Part shown: positions 16,768-25,753 of the stretch, in pieces
Numbering within the stretch: the stretch's first letter is position 1
Layout: the number at the start of each line of letters is the position of its first letter
Source: Clostridia bacterium
GTDB lineage: Bacteria; Bacillota; Clostridia; Christensenellales; CAG-138
Length of the DNA: 64,000 nt
Direction: 5' to 3'
Assembly (NCBI GenBank): GCA_036651815.1
Contig: JAVVXB010000005.1
Span: 2,107 to 66,106 of the forward strand
Made by a program: the position numbers and the translations under genes
The notes under the pieces: generated by a model
Seen by the model: the letters and a program-made list of their open reading frames with translations, nothing else
What the model was told of the DNA's origin: nothing
Databases searched by the model: none

Positions 16768-18126
16768 TTATCCGCCCACGCTCTTATGATCATCCGTCCA
16801 GATTCTCTCCGCTGTACACGCCCAGCATTTCGCGGCCTGCGCGCACTTGTTCGTTAGTTCGCGCACGTCCTCCGGGTTCTGCATATCGGTGCTCTTTGCG
16901 CCGGATGCTTCAACCATATCCGTCAGCCTGCCGGGATTGTCCAGCAGTGGGCAGGGGCGCAACATATTCGTATTGAACGGTTGATTGCGATGATACTGCA
17001 TAAACAGCGGTGAGCGATACGCCTCCAGCAACGTCTTGGTTCGAATATTGGCATCTGAATAGTGGATGAATGCGCATGGCTCAATATCCCCATTGGCATT
17101 GATGTGGAGGTACGATCTGCCGCCGGCAATGCAGCCGCCGACAAACTCCCCGTCGTTCCAAAAATCCATGGTGAAGATCGGCTTGGTGTTGCGAAATTCT
17201 CGAATTTGATGATACATGAATGCCCGCTGTTCCGCGTTGACCATCAGCTCAGGCACAGCATCCACGCCCACGGGCATGTAGGTGAAGAACCACGCGAATT
17301 TTGCGCCCAAATCAATCATGGAATCAAAGTATTGTTCGCTGCCGATGACTTCGGTATTCTTGCTTGTATAGCAGCAGGAGATACCAAAGAGCAGTTTCTT
17401 CTCCTTCAGTATTTTCATGGCTTTGACAACCTTGTCGTAGGTACCGGCGCCGCGCCGGAAGTCCGTTGCATCCGCAAAACCTTCCACGCTAATGGCCGGC
17501 ACAAAGTTCTGTACGCGCAGCATCTCCTCCGCAAACGCCTCGTCGATGAGCGTACCGTTCGTAAACGACAGAAACGCGCAGTCCTGATGTGCCCTGCAAA
17601 GCTTAAGAATATCATGCTTGCGCACAAGCGGTTCACCGCCGGAGAAAATATAAAAATACGTACCCAGTTCCTTGCCCTGACGAACGATATCATCCAGTTC
17701 TTCATAGCTCATGTTCAGCTTGTTGCCGTAATCCGCCGCCCAGCAGCCCGTGCAGTGTAAATTACAGGCGGACGTAGGATCCAGCAAAATCGCCCACGGA
17801 ATATTGCAGTCATACTTCTCACGGTTCTTCTGTTGCTTGGGTGCGCCGATCATGCTGCCGTTGACCACAAGCGTCTCAAACAGTCTGCGACGCTGACCAT
17901 CGTCAATGTCCGTCCACAGGCTCTTGACCAGCTTGTACCAATTGCTGTTCTGATCTGCCATTGCCCGCTGAATGTTCCTCACCGGCCCTTTGCCTTCATC
18001 ATTTTTATCATACTTCAAAAGCCAGTCGATGATCTTCGGAATATTGCGTTCCGGATCTTTGTCCAAGTAGTTCAGTGCCTGCTTAACGCCTAAAATTTTT
18101 ATGCTATCCATAATGCCGATGTCCAT
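16768..18126 (-). CDS. Radical SAM protein with C-terminal SPASM/twitch-like Cys-rich region, function unknown
   Basis: Start chosen at ATG 18126 (AGGAGGTG RBS). CX3CX2C motif CNLHCTGC. GGEPL. C-terminal GGCIAGGRSYLHINANGDIEPCAF plus further Cys residues. Confidence 0.85.
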   Translation of the reverse strand: MDIGIMDSIKILGVKQALNYLDKDPERNIPKIIDWLLKYDKNDEGKGPVRNIQRAMADQNSNWYKLVKSLWTDIDDGQRRRLFETLVVNGSMIGAPKQQKNREKYDCNIPWAILLDPTSACNLHCTGCWAADYGNKLNMSYEELDDIVRQGKELGTYFYIFSGGEPLVRKHDILKLCRAHQDCAFLSFTNGTLIDEAFAEEMLRVQNFVPAISVEGFADATDFRRGAGTYDKVVKAMKILKEKKLLFGISCCYTSKNTEVIGSEQYFDSMIDLGAKFAWFFTYMPVGVDAVPELMVNAEQRAFMYHQIREFRNTKPIFTMDFWNDGEFVGGCIAGGRSYLHINANGDIEPCAFIHYSDANIRTKTLLEAYRSPLFMQYHRNQPFNTNMLRPCPLLDNPGRLTDMVEASGAKSTDMQNPEDVRELTNKCAQAAKCWACTAERIWTDDHKSVGG

Positions 18127-18170
18127 GTTCTTCCACCTCCTAATTGATTCGGGCATGTTTTATAACGAAG

Positions 18171-18296
18171 AATTTGCGGTTTCGCGTTAATTCTCTGTCG
18201 GTCTAAGCGAGAATTTGTAGACTTATTGGCGTTAAATCCGCAATTATAATCGCATAAAAGGCAAGACAACTGTCGAAAACGCTTTTCTGGGAAGTT
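18171..18296. repeat. Intergenic repeat element, copy A (~120 nt)
   Basis: Blocks AATTTGCGGTTTCG (18171-18184), AAGCGAGAATT (18205-18215), GAAAACGCTTTTC (18275-18287) and GGGAAGTT. The same blocks occur in the same order and spacing at 38430-38557. Confidence 0.6.
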
Positions 18297-18462
18297 ATTG
18301 ATCCACACCCTAGGCTGTAGCATAGGTCGGCAAGGTTAACCCAACATTAATTCATTTTTGCATTTTCTGCGCTTCGGCATGACTTGTGCTTTCTTATGCC
18401 AAATGCGGCACAAAATGGTTCCAAATCGGCAAAACGCCACAATTTGTTTGCAGGATTACCAA

Positions 18463-18491
18463 TTGCACAGACTGGCTATATGGCTTATAAT
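18463..18491 (+). promoter_or_regulatory. Sigma-A-type promoter for the PrsA-like gene
   Basis: TTGCAC (18463-18468), 17-nt spacer, TATAAT (18486-18491). It lies 57 nt upstream of the ATG at 18548. Confidence 0.6.
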
Positions 18492-18547
18492 GCAAAGACA
18501 TGGGGCAAAAATGGCCATGCTAATAACAAAGGAGAAAATCGATTAAC

Positions 18548-19915
18548 ATGAAAAACCAACTTACCAAACTGCTCGCGCTGGCGCTTGCCACTGGCATGCT
18601 GCTGTCGATGGCAGCCTGTAAACTCAAAGAGGATACGGCAGCCCCCGATGCTTCCGGCGAAGCGATTGCTGTAAAAATTGGCGATCAATATTCTATCACC
18701 AAGGCGGAAATCGCGGAAACCTATGACGCCATGCTTCAGCAGTACAGTGCCTACGGCATGCCCGCACCGACTGCGGCAGCAGATATCGAATCCATGCAGG
18801 ATTCCGTCGTTGATATGCTGGTTACCAAAAAGCTCAACGCATATCAGGCGGAGCTGATGGGCATCAAGTTGGATGAGGAAGTCAAAAATGGCGTGGATGC
18901 GGACGTGGAAGACGAGATGGCCTATTATATGGACATGTTCCGTTCCCAGGCCGAAACCGAAGGCGCAGCGGATGTCGCTGCCCGCACCGAAGAAATCTTT
19001 AAGGAACAGCTGGCTTCAGCGGGTCTTGATATGGACATGAGCGGATATCGGGAATACATCCGTGAAGAGCTGACCAAGGAAGCACTTTCGAAAGCGCTTG
19101 AAACTAAGGTGAAAGCCGACGTTTCCGTCACGGATGAAGAGGTGCAAACCTATTTTGACGATCTCCTTGCCACCCAAAAGGAAACCTATGCAAAAACACC
19201 TGCCAACTATCTGGATGACGAAGAAGGCTACGAAAAATATGGCGGCGATCCCGTTCTGACCACGCCGGAAGGATTTGTCCGCGTTAAAACCATCACCGTC
19301 TCCCCGGCCGAGGAACTCAGCGCGGATCACGCAACACTGATGACCGCAATTGAAAAGCTGGAAGCCGAATACGGCAAACTGTCCCTTGACAATGTCTCAG
19401 CCAACGCCGCGCGCATCAAAGAAATTGTCACGGAATACAAGGCGAAGAAGGCGGAAGCCGATGCGCTCTTCGAAACCTATATTTCTGCTGCCCGCGCAAA
19501 GGCAGAAAAAGCCGCTGCCGCGCTGAAGGAAGGCAAACCCTTTGACGAAGTACTGAAGGAATATGGTGAGGACGATCTATACACCACCTACCCTATCTTT
19601 GCAACGGAAGGCATTCTCATGCAAAAGGGTGCAGAATCTGAAGCCTGGGATCCGAAACTGGTGGAAGCTGTCGGCAAGCTCAAAGTCGGCGAGTATACGG
19701 ACCTGATCAACCTGGATGATATGTTCTATATCTGCCAGTTGGTTGGCGATGAGCCGACCGGCGAGAAGTCGTTTAACGATGTCAAGGAAGACATCAAGGT
19801 TCAGGCGCTCGAACAGAAGGCAGAAGCCTATTGGGGCGAGCAGCAAGAATCTTGGCTAAACGATCCCAAGCTGGTCACCTATTTTGAAGATGTGTATCGC
19901 TCCATTGGGAAATGA
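18548..19915 (+). CDS. PrsA/SurA-like foldase lipoprotein (peptidyl-prolyl isomerase family, tentative)
   Basis: 455 aa. Lipobox LSMAAC. Long acidic helical region typical of SurA-N/PrsA chaperone domains. C-terminal parvulin-like segment (KVGEYTDLINLDDMFYICQL). Confidence 0.65.
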   Translation: MKNQLTKLLALALATGMLLSMAACKLKEDTAAPDASGEAIAVKIGDQYSITKAEIAETYDAMLQQYSAYGMPAPTAAADIESMQDSVVDMLVTKKLNAYQAELMGIKLDEEVKNGVDADVEDEMAYYMDMFRSQAETEGAADVAARTEEIFKEQLASAGLDMDMSGYREYIREELTKEALSKALETKVKADVSVTDEEVQTYFDDLLATQKETYAKTPANYLDDEEGYEKYGGDPVLTTPEGFVRVKTITVSPAEELSADHATLMTAIEKLEAEYGKLSLDNVSANAARIKEIVTEYKAKKAEADALFETYISAARAKAEKAAAALKEGKPFDEVLKEYGEDDLYTTYPIFATEGILMQKGAESEAWDPKLVEAVGKLKVGEYTDLINLDDMFYICQLVGDEPTGEKSFNDVKEDIKVQALEQKAEAYWGEQQESWLNDPKLVTYFEDVYRSIGK

Positions 19916-19992
19916 CCTGACCACCGCGCTCTGCAACAGATGAAATAATCGTTGAAAAATTGTGCTGAAATCAAAAGAACTGTAATTCAAAG

Positions 19993-20040
19993 GGACCGCC
20001 TTTATGATTTTGGGTAATCATGAGGGCGGCCTCTTTCTAT
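19993..20040 (+). terminator. Intrinsic terminator after the PrsA-like gene
   Basis: Long stem (GGACCGCCTTTATGATT / AATCATGAGGGCGGCC, 6-nt loop) followed by TCTTTCT. Confidence 0.6.
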
Positions 20041-20053
20041 ACCCCTTAGCCTC

Positions 20054-20086
20054 AAAAAAAAATGGCAACTACCGCTGCCATTTTTC
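20054..20086 (-). terminator. Intrinsic terminator acting on the minus strand
   Basis: Minus strand: AAUGGCA-gcgguagu-UGCCAUU followed by a U7 run (up to nine U counting the two stem-final U) (plus-strand A-run 20054-20062). This implies a minus-strand transcript ending here. Confidence 0.55.
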
Positions 20087-20544
20087 TTGTTTGCCTATCA
20101 GAAGGAATATGGAACCACACTTTTCTGGATAAACACATATCTGATGCTCTTGCAGTTGGTGAATCTAACCGTTGTTGGTCAATATGAACGCGATTATGCC
20201 AATAGCCCGACTTTATCAAGTTGTTTGCGATGGCGCATTCTCCATAAGTAGGCTGCAATATACAAACGATTCATCATCTTCTCCATCTCCTTCGCGCTCT
20301 CAATTTCTATGGTTTCATCTTAACGCAAGGATATGAACAGGTCCTTATCAAATTATGAAATATCTGTTATTTAGTCGAAAATAAACTATGTACAGTAATT
20401 GACCCCAACATATAGTATTCCTCGGAATGCGTACACCATCTCGGAAAAAATATCCATGACCGGTATTGGGTCCTGGCTGCATATACTAACGTCAAAAGCA
20501 GAAGGGAACACGCGGTACAAAAGTATACCGCGGCTGTACAAGCC

Positions 20545-20850
20545 ATGAAACCACAACCATCAGCGATGCAGAAAGCAATTTTAAACACGTTGCATGATAT
20601 TCCGGAAGCAAAGCCAGGTGCAAGACGGATATCGATCTTAGTCAAAGCCCGCGGCCGAATTGTTGGTTATCAGTTATCGGACGGATCAGTCGTTTCGAAG
20701 CAAGAAGGCGTTCGCTTGGCCAAGGAAGGTGAAATTGCCGGTGTCGGCGTTGGCATCCGCCACGGCACCGAATATCTCAAGTCCATGCCAGATGCGCACG
20801 AGGGCAACAATTTGACCAGTTTGCCATCCATGCCCGTGCCTCGCGGTTAG
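20545..20850 (+). CDS. DUF3892-family protein
   Basis: 101 aa. GRIVGYQLSDGSVVSKQEGVRLAKEGEIAGVGVGIRHGTEYLKSMPDAHEGNNLTSLP matches the DUF3892 pattern as I remember it. The start is uncertain (ATG 20545 or 20566; no clear RBS). Confidence 0.65.
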   Translation: MKPQPSAMQKAILNTLHDIPEAKPGARRISILVKARGRIVGYQLSDGSVVSKQEGVRLAKEGEIAGVGVGIRHGTEYLKSMPDAHEGNNLTSLPSMPVPRG

Positions 20851-21186
20851 CCCGACAAACGAATATCCCCACGGAGCTGCGGTTTTCAATCTGTCCGTTG
20901 TGCCTCTTCTAGAGAATCAGCAGGGTACATTGAGCCGCATCTCCGCTTTTTGACCATTTTAAAGATCATTCCTGCGTGCAGACATTCCTATATCCCAAGT
21001 CAATCTCCGAATGCAAGGTACTTGCGTCCCTTTTCGTTGTTCATCATGGTCCGATTCTCCTTTTCACAAACGAAACTCTATCGTTTCTCCTATTCCGGGA
21101 CAACTTCCACTTGCAACTTGCAGAGTGGTAGTTATTTGGGGAATCCATCAATATATGCGATTTTTCAGGCGCAACTAAAGAAAATC

Positions 21187-21215
21187 TTGTGTAGAAAACA
21201 GATTTGTTGTATAAT
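21187..21215 (+). promoter_or_regulatory. Sigma-A-type promoter for typA
   Basis: TTGTGT (21187-21192), 17-nt spacer, TATAAT (21210-21215). It lies 40 nt upstream of the ATG at 21255. Confidence 0.55.
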
Positions 21216-21254
21216 GACATGCTTTTGATATAAGAAAGAGGTAGAGGAAAAGGT

Positions 21255-23078
21255 ATGGATATTCGGAATGTCGCCATCATCGCGCATGTCGATCACGGCA
21301 AGACCACATTGGTTGACCAGCTGTTGCGTGACTCAGGCGTATTGAAAAGAAACGAACAGGGTGTCGAACGCGTCATGGACTCCAATGATTTGGAACGTGA
21401 GCGCGGTATCACCATTCTGTCGAAGAACACCGCCGTCATTTACGGTGATACACGCATCAATATTGTAGATACGCCAGGCCATGCAGACTTTGGCGGTGAA
21501 GTGGAACGTATCCTCCAGATGGTTGATGGCGTTCTGTTATTGGTGGACGCGTTTGAAGGTTGCATGCCCCAGACCAGATTTGTGCTGCGAAAAGCGCTGG
21601 AGTTGAAAAAAATACCGATTGTCGTCGTCAACAAGGTCGATCGTGTAGGCTGTCGGCCAACCGAGGTTGTGGACGAAACGCTGGAACTATTTATGGAGCT
21701 GGGCGCCACTGCGGATCAGTTGGATTTCCCGGTTATTTATGCCAGCGCACGGGAAGGAAAGTCCGGAATGTCCCCCGATCATCTGCAAAATGGCATGCAT
21801 CCTCTATTTGACGCAATCATCAAGACCATCCCCGCGCCAGATGCAACGCCGAATGAACCGCTGCAAATTTTGTTTTCCACCATCGATTACGACGACTACG
21901 TAGGCCGTATCGGCATCGGTCGGGTTGAGCGCGGCACAGCCAAGCGCGGAATGCCTATTGTGCTGTGCGGCGGCGAGAGCCAACGTAACCTGCCCACCAA
22001 GATCACCCGGCTCTATCGATTTGAGGGTCTCTCCCGCGTAGAGGTTGAAGAGGCGCCCTGCGGAGATATTGTCTGCGTGGCGGGCGTGGAAGGTCTCCAG
22101 GTCGGTGAAACCGCCTGTGATCCATCCCGCATCGAGCCTATGCCCTTCGTCCATATTGACGAACCAACGGTCGCCATGCTGTTTATGCTCAACGACAGTC
22201 CCTTTGCAGGCCGTGAAGGCAAATATGTCACTGGCCGCAATCTGCGCGACCGTCTATTTAACGAAGTCAAAACGAACGTTTCCATGCGTGTTGAGGAAAC
22301 CAGTAGCACCGATTCTTTCCGCGTCTCCGGTCGCGGAGAACTGCATCTTTCCATTCTTATCGAGCAGATGCGTCGGCAGGGATACGAATTTGCAGTGTCA
22401 CGCCCCCGCGTAATCATGCACCGAAATGAAGCGGGAGAGCTGATGGAACCAATTGAAGATCTAACCATTGATGTCCCGCAGGAATACGTCGGTGCAGTCA
22501 TGGAAAAGCTGGGTCGACGCAAAGCAGAGCTGGCGGACATGAGTAATCTCGGTGACAATAGCATGCGACTCAGATTTCTCATTCCCGCCCGTGGTCTCAT
22601 GGGCTACCGCAGTGAATTGTTGACCGATACGCGCGGCAACGGCGTCATGAACCATGTGTTCTGTCAATATGAACCTTATAAAGGACCGATTGAGGAACGT
22701 AAAACGGGTTCTCTAGTTGTCCACGAAACAGGCGAAACCACCAGTTACGGTCTGTTTAACACGCAGGATCGCGGTCGGCTTTTTGTCGGTTCCGGTGTGC
22801 CGGTGTATGAAGGACAGGTTGTTGGCGAATGCGCCCGTGCAGAGGATATCGTGGTCAATGTCTGCAAAAAAAAGCACGTCACCAATGTACGCGCTGCCGG
22901 CAATGATGAAGCGCTGCGTCTGACTCCGCCGATTCTACTGTCTCTGGAGCAATGTCTGGAGTTTATTGCCGACGACGAGCTTGTGGAAGTCACGCCGCTG
23001 AACATTCGTATGCGTAAAAAGATTTTGACGAAAGATGGACGCACCAAGCAACTGAATAAATCGCATACGGAGGAATAA
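21255..23078 (+). CDS. typA: Translational GTPase TypA/BipA
   Basis: 607 aa. IRNVAIIAHVDHGKTTLVD (G1), DTPGHADFGGEVER (G3), NKVDR (G4). Confidence 0.95.
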   Translation: MDIRNVAIIAHVDHGKTTLVDQLLRDSGVLKRNEQGVERVMDSNDLERERGITILSKNTAVIYGDTRINIVDTPGHADFGGEVERILQMVDGVLLLVDAFEGCMPQTRFVLRKALELKKIPIVVVNKVDRVGCRPTEVVDETLELFMELGATADQLDFPVIYASAREGKSGMSPDHLQNGMHPLFDAIIKTIPAPDATPNEPLQILFSTIDYDDYVGRIGIGRVERGTAKRGMPIVLCGGESQRNLPTKITRLYRFEGLSRVEVEEAPCGDIVCVAGVEGLQVGETACDPSRIEPMPFVHIDEPTVAMLFMLNDSPFAGREGKYVTGRNLRDRLFNEVKTNVSMRVEETSSTDSFRVSGRGELHLSILIEQMRRQGYEFAVSRPRVIMHRNEAGELMEPIEDLTIDVPQEYVGAVMEKLGRRKAELADMSNLGDNSMRLRFLIPARGLMGYRSELLTDTRGNGVMNHVFCQYEPYKGPIEERKTGSLVVHETGETTSYGLFNTQDRGRLFVGSGVPVYEGQVVGECARAEDIVVNVCKKKHVTNVRAAGNDEALRLTPPILLSLEQCLEFIADDELVEVTPLNIRMRKKILTKDGRTKQLNKSHTEE

Positions 23079-23081
23079 GGT

Positions 23082-23516
23082 ATGCTGCGGCTTGTGGATG
23101 TTGATCGTTACAATTTTAGCTCTCTGATTGATTTATCCGTGGGGAAGGAGCAGGATACGTTCATCGCAAGCAATGCCTATTCCCTTGCGCAGGCAAAGGT
23201 GCAGCCAGAATGTGTACCCTTCGGCATCTATGAGGGCAATGTTCCGATTGGATTTTGCATGTACTGTCTGGACCTGGACGATCACGAATACTGGATTTAT
23301 CGGCTCATGATTGACAAGCGTCACCAGGGCAAGGGCTGTGGGCGGGAAGCGCTATGGCTGCTCATCAAGTTGCTGCAGGCAGATAGCGAGCATCACGTCA
23401 TCTTTCTAAGTGTGGAACCAAACAACAAGTGGGCAATACAGCTCTATGAAAGCATGGGATTTGTCCCGGATGGCCGCATGATGTATGGAGAAATCGTCTA
23501 TAAGCTGAAATACTAA
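23082..23516 (+). CDS. GNAT family N-acetyltransferase
   Basis: 144 aa. Acetyl-CoA binding segment RLMIDKRHQGKGCGREAL (Q/RxxGxG/A). Confidence 0.8.
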   Translation: MLRLVDVDRYNFSSLIDLSVGKEQDTFIASNAYSLAQAKVQPECVPFGIYEGNVPIGFCMYCLDLDDHEYWIYRLMIDKRHQGKGCGREALWLLIKLLQADSEHHVIFLSVEPNNKWAIQLYESMGFVPDGRMMYGEIVYKLKY

Positions 23517-23690
23517 GCCACTGGATTCTTGTTGACGGTTTTGGGTTACAAGTCGTTATTTCGCTCGTTCATAGCAAAAGGAACTGTCCATTTTGAAATG
23601 ACCCCCATTTGTTATTCCGTATCGTATACAGGATGGCAAATGGAGGTCATTCACTCTTTATCGGATCGTTTTTTACTTGCTTTCTGTTGC

Positions 23691-24527
23691 TTATTCCTCC
23701 AGTTCCATGCCCTCTCGTTCTTCCTCGGGGACAAAGAGATTATGGATGCAATGCATCGGGCAGCCCTGTACGCAGGCGCCGCAGCGGGTACATTTACCAT
23801 CGTCAATCTCGGCCACACCATCCACCACATGAATGGCATCCGACGGACACTGCTTTTCGCAGCGATGACAGCCGACGCAGGCGGTTTTGCACTGAAGGCG
23901 GGCGATCTTGCCGGTGGCCTTGTTGCGGCAGAGCACCACAACGGTCTTATCACGGGGCAACAGATTGATAATCCCACGCGGGCAAATGTTCATGCATACG
24001 CCACACCCCGTACATTTGCTCTCATCGATGTGAGCAATTCCATCCGCCAAAGTAATCGCACTGAAGGGACAGCGGCTCACGCAATCGCCAAGTCCAAGGC
24101 ATCCGAATTCGCACTGGGTGGGTCCCCCGGAGATCGCGGAAGCAGCGCGGCAGGACGGAAGACCGTTGTATTCATAGCGCTGGCTGACATTTTCGCAGGT
24201 GCCGTTGCAACGAACGCGGGCCACCATGGGCTCAATTTCCTCCGCGGTGGTTCCCATGATTTGAGCGATGGCTTTCGCCGCTTTTGCTCCGCCGGGAGTA
24301 CAGCCATTGAGCTTGGTCTCCCCCTTCACGACGGCTTCTGCAAATGCATCGCACCCAGCGTAGCCGCACGCGCCGCAGTTAGCGCCGCCCAGCTGTTCGC
24401 GTACTTGAACAACACGTTCATCCACTTTGACGGCAAATTTCTTGCCAACTACCGCCAACACCGCACCAAAGAGCAGCCCCAGTCCGCCAAGCACGCCAAC
24501 GGCATAAAGAATCGGTAAAATGTTCAT
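23691..24527 (-). CDS. rnfB: Rnf complex subunit B (ferredoxin-like, multiple 4Fe-4S clusters)
   Basis: 278 aa. N-terminal TM, then CGACGYAGCDAFAEAV and several CxxCxxCxxxCP motifs. Last gene of the rnf operon. Confidence 0.9.
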   Translation of the reverse strand: MNILPILYAVGVLGGLGLLFGAVLAVVGKKFAVKVDERVVQVREQLGGANCGACGYAGCDAFAEAVVKGETKLNGCTPGGAKAAKAIAQIMGTTAEEIEPMVARVRCNGTCENVSQRYEYNGLPSCRAASAISGGPTQCEFGCLGLGDCVSRCPFSAITLADGIAHIDESKCTGCGVCMNICPRGIINLLPRDKTVVVLCRNKATGKIARLQCKTACVGCHRCEKQCPSDAIHVVDGVAEIDDGKCTRCGACVQGCPMHCIHNLFVPEEEREGMELEE

Positions 24528-24537
24528 TGCAAATTCC

Positions 24538-25125
24538 TCACTTGACCATGCCCGAGAAGCCTAAAAAGGCAATGCTCATGAGTCCCGCCGTGATCAAGCT
24601 AATCGGGAATCCTTTAAGCACCTTCGGAATATGCGCTGACTCCAGCCGCTCCCGTACGCCCGCCATCAGCACGATAGCCAACAAAAAGCCCAATGCGCCG
24701 AACACGCCGTTGAGTACAGAATAGAGCATGTTGAGCTGATCGCTGACGTTCAGCAGCGTGACGCCCAGCACCGCGCAGTTGGTGGTAATCAACGGCAGAT
24801 AGATGCCCAGCGCACCATAGAGGCTCGGAGAAGATTTTTTGAGGAACATCTCCACAACCTGCACGAGACTCGCAATCACCAGAATAAACGTGATGGTATC
24901 CAGATAGGTCAGTTTCAACGGGACCAGTATCCAGTGGTGTGCCATATAGGTAAACAAGGACGCCAGAGCCATGACGAACGTAACCGCCAGCCCCATCCCC
25001 ATCGCCGTCTCCACTTTGTTCGATACGCCGAGGAACGGGCAGCAGCCGAGGAATCTGGAAAAAATAAAGTTATTGGTCAGTATGCAGCTGACCATAAACA
25101 GTAAGATTTTAGCAATCTCGTTCAT
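24538..25125 (-). CDS. rnfA: Rnf complex subunit A
   Basis: 195 aa polytopic membrane protein. NNFIFSRFLGCCPFLGVS is typical of RnfA/NqrE. Confidence 0.9.
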   Translation of the reverse strand: MNEIAKILLFMVSCILTNNFIFSRFLGCCPFLGVSNKVETAMGMGLAVTFVMALASLFTYMAHHWILVPLKLTYLDTITFILVIASLVQVVEMFLKKSSPSLYGALGIYLPLITTNCAVLGVTLLNVSDQLNMLYSVLNGVFGALGFLLAIVLMAGVRERLESAHIPKVLKGFPISLITAGLMSIAFLGFSGMVK

Positions 25126-25751
25126 TCAGCCTTGACCTCCTTCCGCTTTGTAATCTTCTGTGAAATAAAATTGAACAATCCCAATAGCAACCCAAAGACA
25201 ATAAATCCGCCGGTCGGCAGGATGATTAGCAACATCGGCTGATACGCCGCGCCAAAAACCTGTGCGCCAAAGACGGTGCCGTTGCCAATCAGCTCGCGGA
25301 TTGCGCCAATGAACGTGATGGCCAGTGTGAAGCCCAGTCCCATGCCGATGCCGTCCATGGCGGACGCCCCGACGGAGTGCTTGCTGGCAAATGCCTCTGC
25401 GCGGGCAAGAATGATGCAGTTGACAACAATCAGCGGAATAAAGATCCCCAGCGATGCATAAAGCGAGGGCAAAAACGCCTGCATAAGCATCTGCACCATG
25501 GTTACAAACGTACAAACAACCACAATAAATGCCGGAATGCGGATTTTATCTGGAATAAAATTGCGCAGCAGCGAGATTACCACGTTAGAACCGATCAGCA
25601 CAAACGTTGCCGCAGCACCCATGCCGATGCCATTGATGGCGCTCGTGGTAATTGCCATCGTCGGACAAGTACCAAGCACAAGGCGGAATGTCGGGTTCTC
25701 AGTTAATACGCCGTTTAGAAAAACCGATTTCATGGAAAGCTTATGTTCCAT
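25122..25751 (-). CDS. rnfE: Rnf complex subunit E
   Basis: 209 aa. NPTFRLVLGTCPTMAITTSA is typical of RnfE/NqrD. ATGA-type overlap with rnfA. Confidence 0.9.
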   Translation of the reverse strand: MEHKLSMKSVFLNGVLTENPTFRLVLGTCPTMAITTSAINGIGMGAAATFVLIGSNVVISLLRNFIPDKIRIPAFIVVVCTFVTMVQMLMQAFLPSLYASLGIFIPLIVVNCIILARAEAFASKHSVGASAMDGIGMGLGFTLAITFIGAIRELIGNGTVFGAQVFGAAYQPMLLIILPTGGFIVFGLLLGLFNFISQKITKRKEVKAE

Positions 25752-25753
25752 TG

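Noticed and set aside
17062-17760. 232-aa plus-strand ORF. The same applies to 36794-37492, 38649-39323, 54284-55066, 27374-28069, 42128-42697 and 22013-22600.
   Set aside because: All are antisense shadows of genes with strong family signatures (radical SAM, ABC permease, SBP, pdp, rnfC, oxidoreductase, typA).
20052-20258. 68-aa minus-strand ORF with a TTG start
   Set aside because: It reads through the terminator hairpin and ends inside the U-tract, and it has no RBS. The shorter 27-codon ORF in another frame is the only candidate kept, at low confidence.
23529-24518. 329-aa plus-strand ORF
   Set aside because: It is entirely antisense to rnfB, whose product has clear ferredoxin and membrane-anchor motifs. 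The plus-strand translation is Ala/Gly/His-rich with no motif or RBS. This is a typical shadow ORF in GC-rich coding DNA.
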